Below, one piece after another: positions 15,001 through 29,022 of a DNA stretch of 64,000 bases; position 1 is the stretch's first letter, and each line of letters starts with the position of its first letter. Source of the DNA: Octopus vulgaris (lineage: Eukaryota); the NCBI GenBank assembly GCA_951406725.2, contig OX597833.1, forward strand, positions 32,426,001 through 32,490,000, written 5' to 3'. Position numbers and translations under genes: made by a program. The notes below the pieces were generated by a model. The model ran no database searches and was not told the origin of the DNA. It was given only the letters and a program-made list of their open reading frames with translations.

Positions 15001-18000
15001 CAGTGAGGCTGCAATTTCTTCCGTTGCACATCTCACCTCCACCGTACCAAATTTCTTGCCTCTACTCACGTAGGTCGATTTCCCCATTATGTCTCCCAGA
15101 CATTTTTCGATTTCTGCTATCTCCACTCTTGCCAGTTTCTTTGTATTTTTGTCTTGGGTTCTATATGTTACAGTCTTGTTTTCTTTGTCCTCTTTTGCTT
15201 TCGCGGGGGGATTAGCTTCACGCTATCACCCTCCCTTTTGAATAGCTTTTCATATTCTTTGAGTTTACTCTTCTCAAAGAAAACATCCTTCACGATTATC
15301 GACGAATCATTATTTTTCTTTCCCGTGACCCCCGCGTAAGTCGCCATGACTAGAGGGTCAATTCACCTTCTTCGGAAGGTTTCCACACGTGGAGGCAAAC
15401 GCCTCGCGCGATAATAATCAATTTACACAACAAAATTTCACTGTCTAGTCACAGATAACAACACACGTGGGTAAATTTTCAAACCACGACCGCAAAGTTC
15501 AAATCTTCTTTTTTCTCTACATTGTATACTTTATAGACAATAGTCTTTTCTTTAATTTAATTTTTTATTATCCATCTGGACTATTCCATTTCTGCACGCT
15601 AATTTTATTTTTTATTTATTCCCATTCATGTGAAACCACTTATTCAAGTTCAAATCATTGATGCAATTTTATACCAATTGCTATTTTTACTTTTGTTATG
15701 TTACTTTAGTTTGATTTTAATTATTACTTACTACATATAATTCAATTGTTATTATTATTTTTATTGTTAAAGTGACATAAAATAGAGAAACGTTTTTGTT
15801 TCACTTTTAACACGTAATACTGAAATAGTGGAGAAGATATGATATTGCTATGGGCTCGCTCTTGGCAAGAAGTTGAACATTTTTTTTTGCCCATGAAACT
15901 ACATGGACCCTAAGTAAGGCATGTGTAAAATTTGAATGGAAATGGTTGTGTAGTTCTCAAGTTTTAGGGAAACACACAGACAGACAGACACACATTCTCA
16001 GTTTTATATATATAAAGATAACGAACTACAGTCGTTTCATTCACCTACCATCATTGAAATACACTGAAAACACTCAAATTCTATGCAATATTTTCTATAA
16101 GTATTTCATTTTGTTCACTTTCTTTTTCATAATCATGATCATTCATAATCATAATTATTATTTGAATAATCATTTGTTTAGTCGTATGCAAATTGTATGT
16201 TGAACTTTCCAAAGCAACCTTTTATTTTCTTTGTCAACTCGTATTTTAGCGTTTCACTCTAAAAACTATTGAAATAGACTATTGTTTTTAACACGGATGA
16301 TTCTTCAGTGAAAAACTGGAGAAGAATCGTTATTTTATTTTATTATTTAAAAAGAAAATTTAATTCCAAACCCCCTAAAATAATATTCAAATTTCTTTAC
16401 GAAATCATATTTTAACGTTTACGCTAAAATAATTTGTGAAAAAACCTTTTTGCATGCAGGTTATGCATCGCCACTCCGATGCCCTTTTTTTATTCTTTGA
16501 TTCCTTAATCATTTACTTTTGCATTTATTTAAAAGGTACCATAATCTTGTGGATCTATTGGCCAAGCTTCATCGGTTCAGTCAGTACAGGATTACTTCAA
16601 CAGAAAATTGTTGCCAACACACTCATGTCACTCTGTGCTTCTACAGTTGCTGTCTTCGCAGTTTCGTCTCTGGTAGATAAAAAAGGCAAACTTGAAATAG
16701 TAAGTTTCTTACGTTATTTACATTTGACGGATATTTGTCCTCATCTTATTTGTTGTTAACACAACGTTTCAGCTGATATACCCTCCAATTATTAATATTA
16801 TTATTATAATTATTATTAAGATCACTGCCTGGAATCGAACTCGGAATTAGTAGCCCGCGCTGTTAACCACTACGCCATATGGAGTGAATTTTAGGGCTTA
16901 TAAATCTAATATTCTCCTATCCTTCCTTAACACCGGTTCCCATACGCTACTCATATCTACACTCGGTCTGTTTAGGAGGTTGTTGTGCCCTAGTATATGT
17001 ACTGCTTCTTTTAGTTTTCGTATTTTCCAGTGGTGTTCACTGCCTATTAACTTAACTTCATCCCACAGGGGGAGGTGGTCTCCATTTTTCCATATAAGAT
17101 CAGCTATATCGGATATCAATATCTCCTGGTGTCACAGCTTTGCGATGCTCGTCCACCCTTATTGTGAGGGGGCAGCATGTTTCGCCTTTGTATATCCTAC
17201 CACAACTGCATGGGATGGAATACACGCAGTCTTTGGTCATATTCTCTTCTATTGGTGGTTTTACTCGAAAGAGATATTTTCGAAGCGTTGTATTAATCTT
17301 GAATACTGTCCTGATGTCATATGGGCCGCATATCTTTTGTACCTTTTCGGAGAGTCCTTTCACATAGGGTAGACAGACTATGGACAATTTATTGGTTTCG
17401 TCTTTTCTTTTTTTCATAATTGGAGTGGATTGTATGCTTTTGGGGTAGTTGTTGCTTAATAGATTATTATTGAGCTTGACCATTTCTTCGTGGTGGGTAT
17501 TACGATCGCTACTTATATTCATTGCTCGATCTTTTAGGAACTGAGCAATCTCTTTCTTTACACTGTATCGATGGAAGTTTAGGTATTGTTCAGTGAATGT
17601 CGGCTTGCGGTATACGGATGTCCTGAATCCATATTTGGTGCGTGTTATTAATACGTCCAGGAATGTTAGCTGATTGTCTTTTTCCTTTTGCATTGTGAAC
17701 TGTATAGATGGCTTTATTGAGTTCACATAATCTAACAGCGCTTGGATATCTTCCTGGTGGGGGCCAGAGTATAAAGGTGTCATCAACATATCGCAGCCAT
17801 AGTGTTGATCCTAAAGCCAAATTCTCAAAGTATTCCATGTACATATTGGCTATTATCGGTGATAATGGCGAACTCATCGCTAAACTCTCCTCTTTTCAAT
17901 ATATATCAGTATCCATACTGAAGTAGGTAGTTTCTACACAGCAGGTCAATATTTCCATCAAGTTTCTTATTGGCATACTTGTGTGTTCTTTTAGATGGGT

Positions 18001-18453
18001 GTCTGTCATTAGTTTTTCTTGAATCACCGATAGTGCTTCACCAGTTGGGACTTTGGGGAACAGACTTATCACATCTAGACTCACCATCTGGTTGGATTCA
18101 GTGGGGGTGTCCTTGATCAATACTGTGAAGTGGGTGTAATTCTTCACGTACAATGGTGACTTACCTGCTAATGGACTGATTATATCCACAAGAAAGTGGC
18201 TCAGTGGATGACATGCTGAACCTCTACAACTCACTATAGGTCTTAATGGAATACCATCCTTGTGAATCTTATGGAGACCGTACATGCATGGTAGTTTACT
18301 GTAGTGTTGAGTCAGGTGTCTGTACTTCATTGGGACATATGGGGTAGTTGTTAAGAGCGCGAGCTACTAAATCCAAGATTCCGAATTCGATTCCAAACAG
18401 TGACCTGACTACTACTACTACTACTACTACTACTGCTACTGCTGCTGCTGCTG

Positions 18454-18538
<85 letters not shown>

Positions 18539-21500
18539 CTTAGGAGTGAGAACCCAGGTTCGAAATTTCCCCAAGACACCTGATGAAGGCTGGAGGGTAT
18601 ATCAACCGAAACGGTGTGTTAACAACAAACAAGATGAGGACAAATATCCGTCAAAAGAAAATAATGTACATAATTCCTCATCTCTTAAATATAGAACCAT
18701 AGTAAGTTTCTTGTTTACTTGCTTGCTTCCCTATGTCGTGATATGTTCAGATAAGTTAGACAAGACTTTGACTAGAATATTTATTGTATCAAACTTAGAT
18801 TTCAAATCAGCGAAGAAGAGAAAATTAAAGAATCCAGCATCTTTTTCTTCATCTATCCATCGTAACATTTACGTGTCTCTGTTCCAAGTTCCTATCCTAT
18901 CCTTTCAAGATCAATTTTATCTTTTATACGATGGGACACTGTTGGGTTTCACAAAAAGTTAAACTTGATACTATAATAGTAGTGAAGCCCAATATGTACT
19001 GCAAAGCCTCACCGGTCTAAGTTCTGTGCACGTTATTCGATCATCATCAAATCTAACGCAGGTAGAGAACTGGATGCTGTTATGGAAGAAGAAAACTCGA
19101 TGTTGTTACGTTTATGCTCGCCCCAAAAGCATTGGTTCCTACTGCATCTGTACCGTATCTATTGGTTGTTAACCTTTTGGCCAGCGAATTAGAGGAAATA
19201 GAAACTTTTTATGGCAACGTTAACTTTTCTATTTGCTCTTATAATGACTTCTAGTCTATGTGCATATTTTTTCTAATAGAATTTAGTTATTAGGAATCTA
19301 TCCTTTATCTTACTTCTTTTAATTTTTGCAATCATTGGGTTGCTGCCACGTGTAGCACTACCTTGAAGGATTAGTCGAACAAAATAACTCCAGTATTTAT
19401 TTTCTTGAAGTCTGATACTTATTCTCTACGGTTTCCTCTCCCGAACTAGAATACGGGGTCGCAAACAAACCAACACCGGTTGTCAAGCGGTGGTTACCGG
19501 GAACAAACACAAAGGCGGGCTTCCGCAGTCAAATTCCATCAACCAAATTCACTCTCAAAGCGTTGTTTGGCCAGAGCTATAGTAGAAGACTGAACTCGAA
19601 ACCACTATTTCAAAAGCGAGTTTCTAACATTATTTGATCCTGTTTTGGCGATTCATCTTTATTGATCCTGTTTTGGCGATTCATCTTTAGAATATTGCTT
19701 TCGGCAAAACAACGACAATAAAAGTATTTAACACCTTTATGGATGTTGTTTTGCCAAACTTTTATCCCTTACACCTACTTTTCATGTTAATATTTGTGTA
19801 ACTTTTTGTTGATTCTCATCCCTTCCCTGTTGTTGTATCTTCTCGTAAAAACATTTCTTTCTTCTATATGAAACTCTCTTCTTTTTTTTCCGACATAAAA
19901 TATGATTTTAATTCTTTTCAATTTTGCAATGATTACTTTTATGTTTCTGAGGGCAGGTTATTTTTCTTTCTTCTGTTTCTTTTGTACTTTTGAACATACT
20001 GACTGCTTGCTTATGTTGTTTAGAGTAACATCTAAAAAGAAAAAAAATTAAAAAGAACCAAAAAAAACAGGTATCGGTTGATGTGGATAGGGCAGATTTA
20101 GATAGACACATTTACAGTTGAATTCAGATGGGCAATGACCAATTGTTTGTGAGATGAGATGGAAGTTTAGTTAGAGAGTTTCAGTTAGGGAAAGCATATA
20201 TTGACTTTTCTTTCTTCAGTACTGTTGAGATTGTGTGAAGGATGAAAGATGGAATTATCTTCATTTTGAAGATTTAGTACAAATAATAATATAATAAAAT
20301 GGACTCCGGTAGAAGTATCCAAAAGCCAGTGGTGATGTTTAAATCGAACGACAGATTACTATCCCCAGAACAGAATAAATATGCTTTGTGTGTTAAAAAG
20401 AAATATATCATTGGAACTGTATGGGGGTAGATTTTGTGAGAGCAGCATTTAATTAGCAATTTCGAGTAAGTGATATTGTAAAGACACTGAACGTGCCACT
20501 TAGATTTTAAGTCTCATATCAGATACACTACTCCCAATTTGAGTAGCAGAATGCCAACTTATCTCCTTCAATAAAGATGATCAATGAATGTCTGTTCTGT
20601 TTCAGTCACATATCCAAAACGCTACTCTGGCTGGCGGGGTTGTCATCAGTGCTTGTGTTGACGTTATTCAAAAACCATACCAGGCTCAGATACTCGGTTT
20701 CATCGGTGGCACAGTAAGCGTACTGGGTTTTAAGTATTTACAAGTAAGTAGTACTTCAATAACTTCTATATTTTACTTTCCTTCCGACGGATTCAATCAC
20801 GGATCCTAAATCACAGCAAAACAGCTCAACACGTTTTAATGACTTTGTTGTTAAGACATAATGAGTAATTTTGTGCGTGAGTTGCGCATTGCATACGTGA
20901 GTGTGTTTAGTGTTGTGTGTGTTTAGTGTGTATGTGTTTAGGTGTGCATGCATATATAGGATGCTTCATAACGATGGCACCCACGATTTTAGTAAATTAC
21001 AAATAAAATGTGTTCCATCAGAATGAAACTCCTTGTATTTGTGTATGTGTATAAATATACGTTGTATTTATAAATGAATGCATATGTGTGGTCTGTTGTT
21101 TGTGTGTTGTTGTAGTGTGTTATGTGTTTTGTTGTGCTAGATACATTTGTATATTTATACATTTACCTAAAGTAGAAATATACATCCGTTTGTATTTGTT
21201 TGTGTGTATGTGTGTTTATGTGTGTAAGGGATAGTGGAGTCCAATCAGTTTAGAACCGCTGACTAATTCAACAAATCTTTAATTTTTCCAGCCAGTACTT
21301 TTGAAAAAACTGAAAATCCACGATACGGGTGGAGTAAACAATCTGCACGCCTTGCCAGGGATTGTGTCTGGATTAGCGGGGTTTGTGTTCGCTGTTTTAG
21401 CAACAGAGGAAAATTACGGAACACGGTAAGTAACTTTCAACAAGAATACAGGATGACCCAAAAGTAGGTTTACAATTATTCAATTATCTCTTTCGCATTC

Positions 21501-24500
21501 ATATATTAACAGTTTAGATCTTATTTATATAAAAAATATAAGATAGAAATTTAAATGTAATAAAATGTCTTAAAAGAAATTTAGTAACAACGTCATAACT
21601 GTAAACCTACTTTTGGACCACCCTGTATATACCCGTCTTCCTCCTCCTCCTCCTCCTCCTCCCCCCTCCTCTAGTAAATAGAAAGGTACCATATAGCACA
21701 TCCTGGGCCATTATAGATTTCAAGGTCTCATACCAAGGCCAGGGATCTACATGTGAACTATCCCTAAAAGAAGCCCTCCAAATATAAATACATAATTCAC
21801 CGCAATTACTAAATAAACAACATGTAGCTTTCTCTATATATTCCCATAGGTTCTATCGCACCTTTAAAGTCTTCCCTTGGTCCAAATGCGAACAAAATCA
21901 ACACGCATACACATGCATATATCTACCCATGGTCGTTACAATATATGTACGCTTTTTTCTTTTCTTTCCCCCTACCTCTCTATTAACATAAGTATCTTAG
22001 AAGCTAGCTAGTTTCATTTGAATAATTTTTAGTTCTTGTAGGTTTTAGGTTTTAGTTTTCTTAGTTTGTAATTTTAAGTTTAAGTTTTAACTTAATTATT
22101 CTAAATGACTTGAGATACTAGTTCTTCCTTGGTTTTTGCTTTTTCTTCTAATATAATATATACATGCTATAACGGAACCCTAATATGGATCGCTAGATCG
22201 AGCCTCAGCTGCGAACTTGAAACCTAACGGAAGACCAGCTATAACACTTACTCAGAGTACCTATTCGTTTTGATCACCATTGAACTAAATCCCTCATATA
22301 TCGTTATAAAAAAACCTCCTAAAAAACCCACGTAGATAGGCACACATATATACATAGATACTTGGATATGTATGTATGTATGTATGGATGTATGGATGTA
22401 TGGATGGATGGATGGATGAATGGATAGATGTATTTATATGTGTGCATGTATGAGTGTAATGTGATGATAGTTTTTAACGCAAGCGGCCACTGAGCTAAGA
22501 CGAAAGCGCAGTTTTAAATTGTTAGGCGTGGCTGTGTGCTAAGAAGTTGCTTACCAATCACATGGTTCCAGGTTCAGTTCCACTACGTGGCACATTGGGC
22601 AAGTCTCTTCTGCTATAGCCTTTGGCCGACCAAAGCCTTGTGAGTGGATTTGGTAAACGGAAACTGAAAAAAGCTCATATATGTGTGTGTCTTTGTGTCA
22701 GTGTTTGTCCCCCCATCATCGCTTGACAACCGGTGTTGGCCAAAGAGACCGGTAGAATAAGTACTAGGCTTAAAAAAGTAATCCCTGGGGTCTATTTGTT
22801 CGATTAAAAACCCTTCCAGGCTGTGTTTCAGTATGGCTGCAGTAGAAATGACTGAAACAAGTAAAAGATATAAAAAAAAAGGTTGAGGAAAAAGCTCGTG
22901 CCCCGTGTTAAAGTAATGAACAGAATGAGCGCACACACCACAGAAATATATATAAAAAAAGCATTATTTTAACACGGCGCACGAACATTTTTTCCTCAAC
23001 CTAATAATTTAAAAGTATGCAGTTTCCGTTAGATGAAAATTATGGACTGTATCCCGAAATTAATGGTTGTACTTTACAATCTCTGTAAACGTGAAATCCC
23101 CTAACCTGTAACGCGGGTGAAGCCTGTATAGATGTATGTATATGTGTGTGTGTATATATATATACATCCATACACATGATGTATATGTATGTGTATGTGT
23201 GTATGTGTGTGTGTGTGTACATGTAGGGATAAATTTAGAAAACAAATGTTAAATACAGAAAGAGTTGCAGAAAGATGAAGAGAAAGAGAGAGAGAGAGAG
23301 AGAGAGGTGGAGGCAAGAATGTTTGTGTGCGTGTGAGTTTGAGAGAAAAAAAAAACTATTTTCAAGCGGACGTTCACGGTTTAAGGAAGGCAACTCTATC
23401 ATATCTCAAAAAAATATTTCTAATTATCTCCCTTGGCATGTATCGATGTATCGCGAGATGATTTAGCACGTTTCTGTGTATATTGTGTGAGAAAGTCCGT
23501 GTATACATTAATTTACTTATTTGGAGCCAATGAACACATCTGTACACGCGTTTCTTTTCATTGTACCTTCTGGTATTATGCACATACTAAAAAATACAAA
23601 TACACTCTTTTCTCCTTCCATTTTTCTATCTTTCTATCTTTTTTCTTGCTCTCTGTACACACGCATACACACATATCCACGCCCACACATACATATATGT
23701 ATGTTTTCTCTTTTTATTTAAGGTCTTAAGAAAGTCCAGGCCGGTTGCTAACAAAGCAACAAATCTATTTGAGCTAAGTGAGTTCCTGGTTTTGTGGTGT
23801 TTGTAAATATGTGGCTGATTTGGTGCGTGCATCTATTCACTTAAAGAATTTCAAATTAGAGTCGTCTTTGGAATGTCTCACAAATCTTCATTGTGCCACT
23901 AATAGATTGGATTTGGAGAATCCGCGTCAGTTTCTTTTGCTCTTTGTTCGAAAAACCTGGTGTTTCTAGCTTTTTTTTTAAAGAATATTATTGATACATG
24001 ACCTAATGCACTTATGATGATAGGTACAAATGAAAAGTTTTAGTTAGGGTACAAGAGTTGTAAATTTCGCATTAATTCGCCTCAAATGTTCCCTTTTCCT
24101 TGGACCTTTGATAGTACATTCATTGATAGCATCTTGTAGACTCTTAAGGAGCAGCTGTTGATAATGTGGGTGTTATCTTCCACACTAGTATTGCAGAGCC
24201 GACATTTTTTTTATTACACCATGGGCGATTGGTAACTTCGTCCCTCTTGTTTAACAAGTATTTAGTAGCTATCTTCTGTTCCTTTTAGTTCCATGAGAGG
24301 TTACTCTTCCTGTCAATGCTGTTGTCATCTATAGTTCACAATCCATGCATTGCTTTTCGTTGTTATGATGCTTGCTTCTCCTCCAGCCTCGTTTGGATCG
24401 CATGAGAGTATTATTAGAGTAGCTGCACAGTTCTTCTCCAACACTGATGAATATACATGAAATGTACTCGTTCCTTTCTTTACTGTTCGGTAGGTGTTGT

Positions 24501-27500
24501 TTGAATGATACAATGTAACATTCAAAGGCTGTTTGCACTGACCTTTATGCCTCTACCGCTATCATTTTGTTCCATATATCCTATTGGTGTCGCTGTTAAT
24601 GTGAAAGTTGCCAGTGATGGTTAGTATCTTTCTGGTTTTGATGTCCAAGTTGCATGTCCATTCCAATATCCCAAATGTTGCTACTAGGACTGGCACCGTA
24701 AAGCATTGTGAAATATGGTGTTGAGATAGTTCTGAGTTCCATATTTTCCGGAGTCTACAGAAGTATCACTTTTGTTATTCTGGCTTTAGTCACAGCACCA
24801 ATGTATGCAACATTCTCATCAATTCCGAGATATTTTTGGTTTTCATCATTAATGATAAACAAGTCATTGATGTACATATCCCCAGTGTGACTAGTTCTAA
24901 TTGTTTCTTGATGTTGATCAAGTTACCAGGATATAACTTTAGGTTATTAACAAAGAATGTGACATTATTTTAATTAATTTTTGCATGTCCCAGCATGTAG
25001 GCTTGGCGCTTTCTTAACAGAGCAGCCAATACAAACAGCATTAAGATAAACTATCACCCTGGAATATACTTGCCCTGCAGATATAAATAACTCTTTGAAA
25101 GTCAAAGAAAAAGGATATCAATGGACAACTGCTTCGAAACCTACAGATTTTACACCAAGACTATGAAGTCATATTTATACCAAAAATAATAATTGAAGCA
25201 CTAGGTTTTGTTAGTAAATGCTTAAAGGAAATCTGGATAAACTGGGATTTTCAGAAAGAGAAATCGACCGGCTAATTCGTACATTACAAGTGCAATCTGT
25301 GAGTGGAACAATAAAAATATGCAAGTTCCAAATGTGAATTTATCTGTGTTACGAGGGGCGTTCAATAAGTAATGCCCCTGACCCACTTCCCATAGCAGTA
25401 GAGCAACGACACTTGGCACAGTTATTAGTCTTTTCCTAAATAGGAACTACCCAGAGTTATGCATGTCTCCCATCGTTTGATACGGCTCTGGAGACCGTTT
25501 TTGTAGAAGACCCCAGCTTGGTCATCCAACCACGACGTGACTTCAGAAATCAAGGCTGCATCATCTGGGAAACGCGTTCCTTTCAAAATCAACTTCATGG
25601 CTGGGAAGAGGTGAAAATCAGAGGGTGCAAGGGGAGGAGTTCATAGCTGCACGCCTGTGCTTCTGATCTGACGACACGCGAGTTGTGGACCGGAGCGTTG
25701 TCCTGCAGGAGGAGGATGCCTTTGCTGATCTTGCCCCGCCTCTTGATTTTGATAGCTTCTCTTAATTTCCTCAAAAGTGAAGCCTTATAGGCTCCTGTAA
25801 TTGTGGTACCCTTTGCTAGGAAATCTGTCATCACTACTCCGTCCTGGTCCCAGAAGACTGTGAGCATAACCTTGTCAGCGGAGGGCTGCACCCTTGCCTT
25901 CTTTGGAGGAGGTGAGTCACGGTGCTTTCACTGCATTGACTGGGCTTTGGTCTATGGATCATAGTGATGGACCCAGGTTTTATCCTGTGTGATCAGTCAA
26001 AAATTTTGACTCATCTTCTTGGCACATCTCCAAATTCATCCTCGAGCACTCAACGCGTTCTTGCTTCTGGAAAGGTGTGAGCAACCTGGAAATCCATCTG
26101 GCAGACACTTTTTTCATATGCAAATGGTCATGAATGATAGTTTCCACAGACCCGGTACTAATCTTGACCTTATGGGCTATTTGGCGAATAGTTATGCGTT
26201 GACCTTCCAAAATTGGCAGCCTCAACTTGACGGACAGACGTCTCATCAACGGCAGAAGGGGGTGACCAGATCTGGGAGCTGTTTCCACAGAGTTCCGACT
26301 ATGTTTGAATTCACAATGCCAGCGTTTTACAAGGTCATATGATGGGGCATCATCACCATAAGTTACTTTCATTTCATCAAAAGTCTCCCGTGGTGTGCGT
26401 CCTTTCAAATACAAAAACCAGATCACTGCTCGACACTCAACAGGCTCAATTTCACACTTGACTCAGTTCAAACACCTGTAAATCATAAACCACAATTAGT
26501 TCAGAGCTGTAATTCGCCACTTAATCTATAGAGGTATAAATAAGTGCACATGCAAAATTTCAGCTAGATCAAACAACTGCAAGTGGGTCAGGGGCATTAC
26601 TTATTGAACGCCCCTCGTAACTACATCCCAAAGATGGAACCTTGTATCTTTGTTGGAAACCGGTTCCCTCCTCAGGAGACATACATACATAAATGAATTC
26701 ATTCATACATACATACATACATACATACATACATACATTCATACAGGTTTTCTGAATATGTTTCTCCAAGATCACTGACAAATAAATAGTGTAATAACTG
26801 ATGAACAAGCTGGAGAGAGAAAGAAGTATGGAGCTGTACTGTCCTTAAGAAAGCCAAACAATATCGCTGTAATCTCTTACCAATGTGGCTACATTACAAG
26901 AAAGTGTTCGAAGCTGTGCCTCCCTCATGGATGATAGAATCAGTACACCTTGCCAACGTACAAGTTGCTATATAGAATGCCATTGAAAGACTGACCACAC
27001 ATCATGGGCCAAACAGTTATCCTTGACAACTACTATGTTACAAACATAATTAAGCTATCAACACGTATATTCCAGGTATATTACAAGACTAAAGAAAATT
27101 ATTAGAATTATCATAGAAAATGTATTATACAATATTATACAAAACAAAATTTTTTTTCTTCCAACATATTAACCGGTTTCACTATCGCTTTTCAAATTTT
27201 GAGTTTTGGATGCAATTCTGAATTGGAAATTTTGTTTGTTAGCGGGAATTGGTAACCAAGGTATTTCTCAGTAAAGGGAAGGTAAATCTATAATTTTTAA
27301 TATTCATTTACATTTGGTTCTGGCTTAAACCCTTCAATAGATGGGGTATATCTTCAATTTTCAATATGGATTTATATTTATTTTTCGATAAATGAGGCCT
27401 CTTTATTTAGTCGTACTTGTGTTGAGGTCCAAATAGCAAATTGATATAGTGGGAAGATTAAGAATTGTGGTTGCAGCTGTTCTGCACATCTGTCAACGTG

Positions 27501-28990
27501 TTCACTGAGATATATCTGGCGATATTGTGGGAAAGATATCTGTTATCTACAGTCTGTACATCTCCGTCGATTCTATATAGTTTTTATGGCAGCCCGAGCA
27601 TCTGATTACATAAATGAGGTTTTCAGAGGCGCAAGTGAAGTTGGGTTTAATTTTGAATTTTTGCCCTTGTCTAAAATGGAATTCTGATCCTTCCAATAGA
27701 TTGGGACATGTTCCACAGTTAGGACGACCACTTTTCTTACTTTTGCGCCCGTTATTCTTGAGAATAATTTAGCATTTGTGAGGATCTTCTTTAATGTCTT
27801 TTACTGCTTTTAATGCTTTTAATGATTTTAAGGGGACGTAGAATTTCCTTCAGCTTGGGGTCCTTATGGAATATGGGGAGATTTTGGACAACGATGTTAA
27901 ATGCTTCCTTGTTTCTAAAATTGTATTTGGACACATAAGATAGTGTTTTCAGAGTAGGTCTGTTATTGTGTTCGACTTTTCTTAATGTTTTTATTAGACA
28001 TAGTACAATGTAGTTCGAAACATAGAAAGGGGTGATGGTTACTTCCGAACATAGGTCCGCTCAATCAGAACTGACCTAGGGCTGAACAACAAAAATAAAT
28101 ATTTCTAGCTTCGACTTAATGCTATAATTTTAACTTAGGGGCATTGTTCTTTATGAAGTCGAATCAATTCAAAATTTGTTGATATTTTATCTGGTATGGA
28201 AACAGAATGCCAAGTCAATTTGGTTACGTAAATAGATGTAATTAAGTACTACAAAAGCTTGTAATTGAGCACTATATATTATTTCAAAGTGTGTGTATGT
28301 GTGTGATCACACACGTTAGTATGTGTGTGTACCGTGTAGCTATGTTTGTATACACTGATACTCACATATACTCACATACAATGTATGTGTGTGTGTGTAT
28401 AGGCGCCGGAGTGGCTGTGCGGTAAGAAGCTTAATTCCCAACCACATGGTTCTCGGTTCAGTTCCTTTGCATGGAACCTTGGGAAAATGTCTTCTACTAT
28501 AGCCTCGGGCCGACCAAAGCCTTGTGAGTGGATTTGATAGGCGGAAACTGAAAGAACTTCGTCGTATACGTATGTATTTGTGTGTTTGCGTTTGTCCACC
28601 CACCATCGCTTGACAACCGATGTTGATGTGTTTACGTCCCCGTAACATAGCGGTTCGGCAAAAAGATATCAATAGAATAAGTACTAGGCTTACAAAGAAT
28701 AAGTTCTGGGGTCATTTGTTCGACTAAAGGCGGTGCTCCAGCATGGAACAAATAAAAGAATATACAATATACTCTTTTACTCTTTTACTTGTTTCAGTCA
28801 TTTGACTGCGGCCATGCTGGAGCACCGCCTTTAATCGAGCAACTCGACCTCGGGACTTATTCTTTTGTAAGCCCAGTACTTATTCTATCGGTCTCTTTTG
28901 CCGAACCGCTAAGTGACGGGGACATAAACACACCAGCATCGGTTGTCAAGCAATGCTAGGGGGACAAACACAGACACACAAACACACACA

Positions 28991-29022
<32 letters not shown>

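Larger units (their letters stand above)
9882..16018 (-). mobile_element. Non-autonomous Helitron hosting the ORF1-only array
   Basis: On the minus strand: A|TCtttatatatataaaa 5' end at 16018 followed by a (CTGT)n-like tract; GC hairpin gacccg/cgggtc at 9893-9911 and CTAG|T 3' end at 9882-9885. Confidence 0.7.

Noticed and set aside
10480-15339. Numerous plus-strand ORFs over the ORF1 array
   Set aside because: Antisense shadows of purine-rich minus-strand ORF1 sequence
19633-19688. 28-bp tandem duplication (similar ones at 7727-7750 and 60773-60835)
   Set aside because: Ordinary slippage duplications with no further structure
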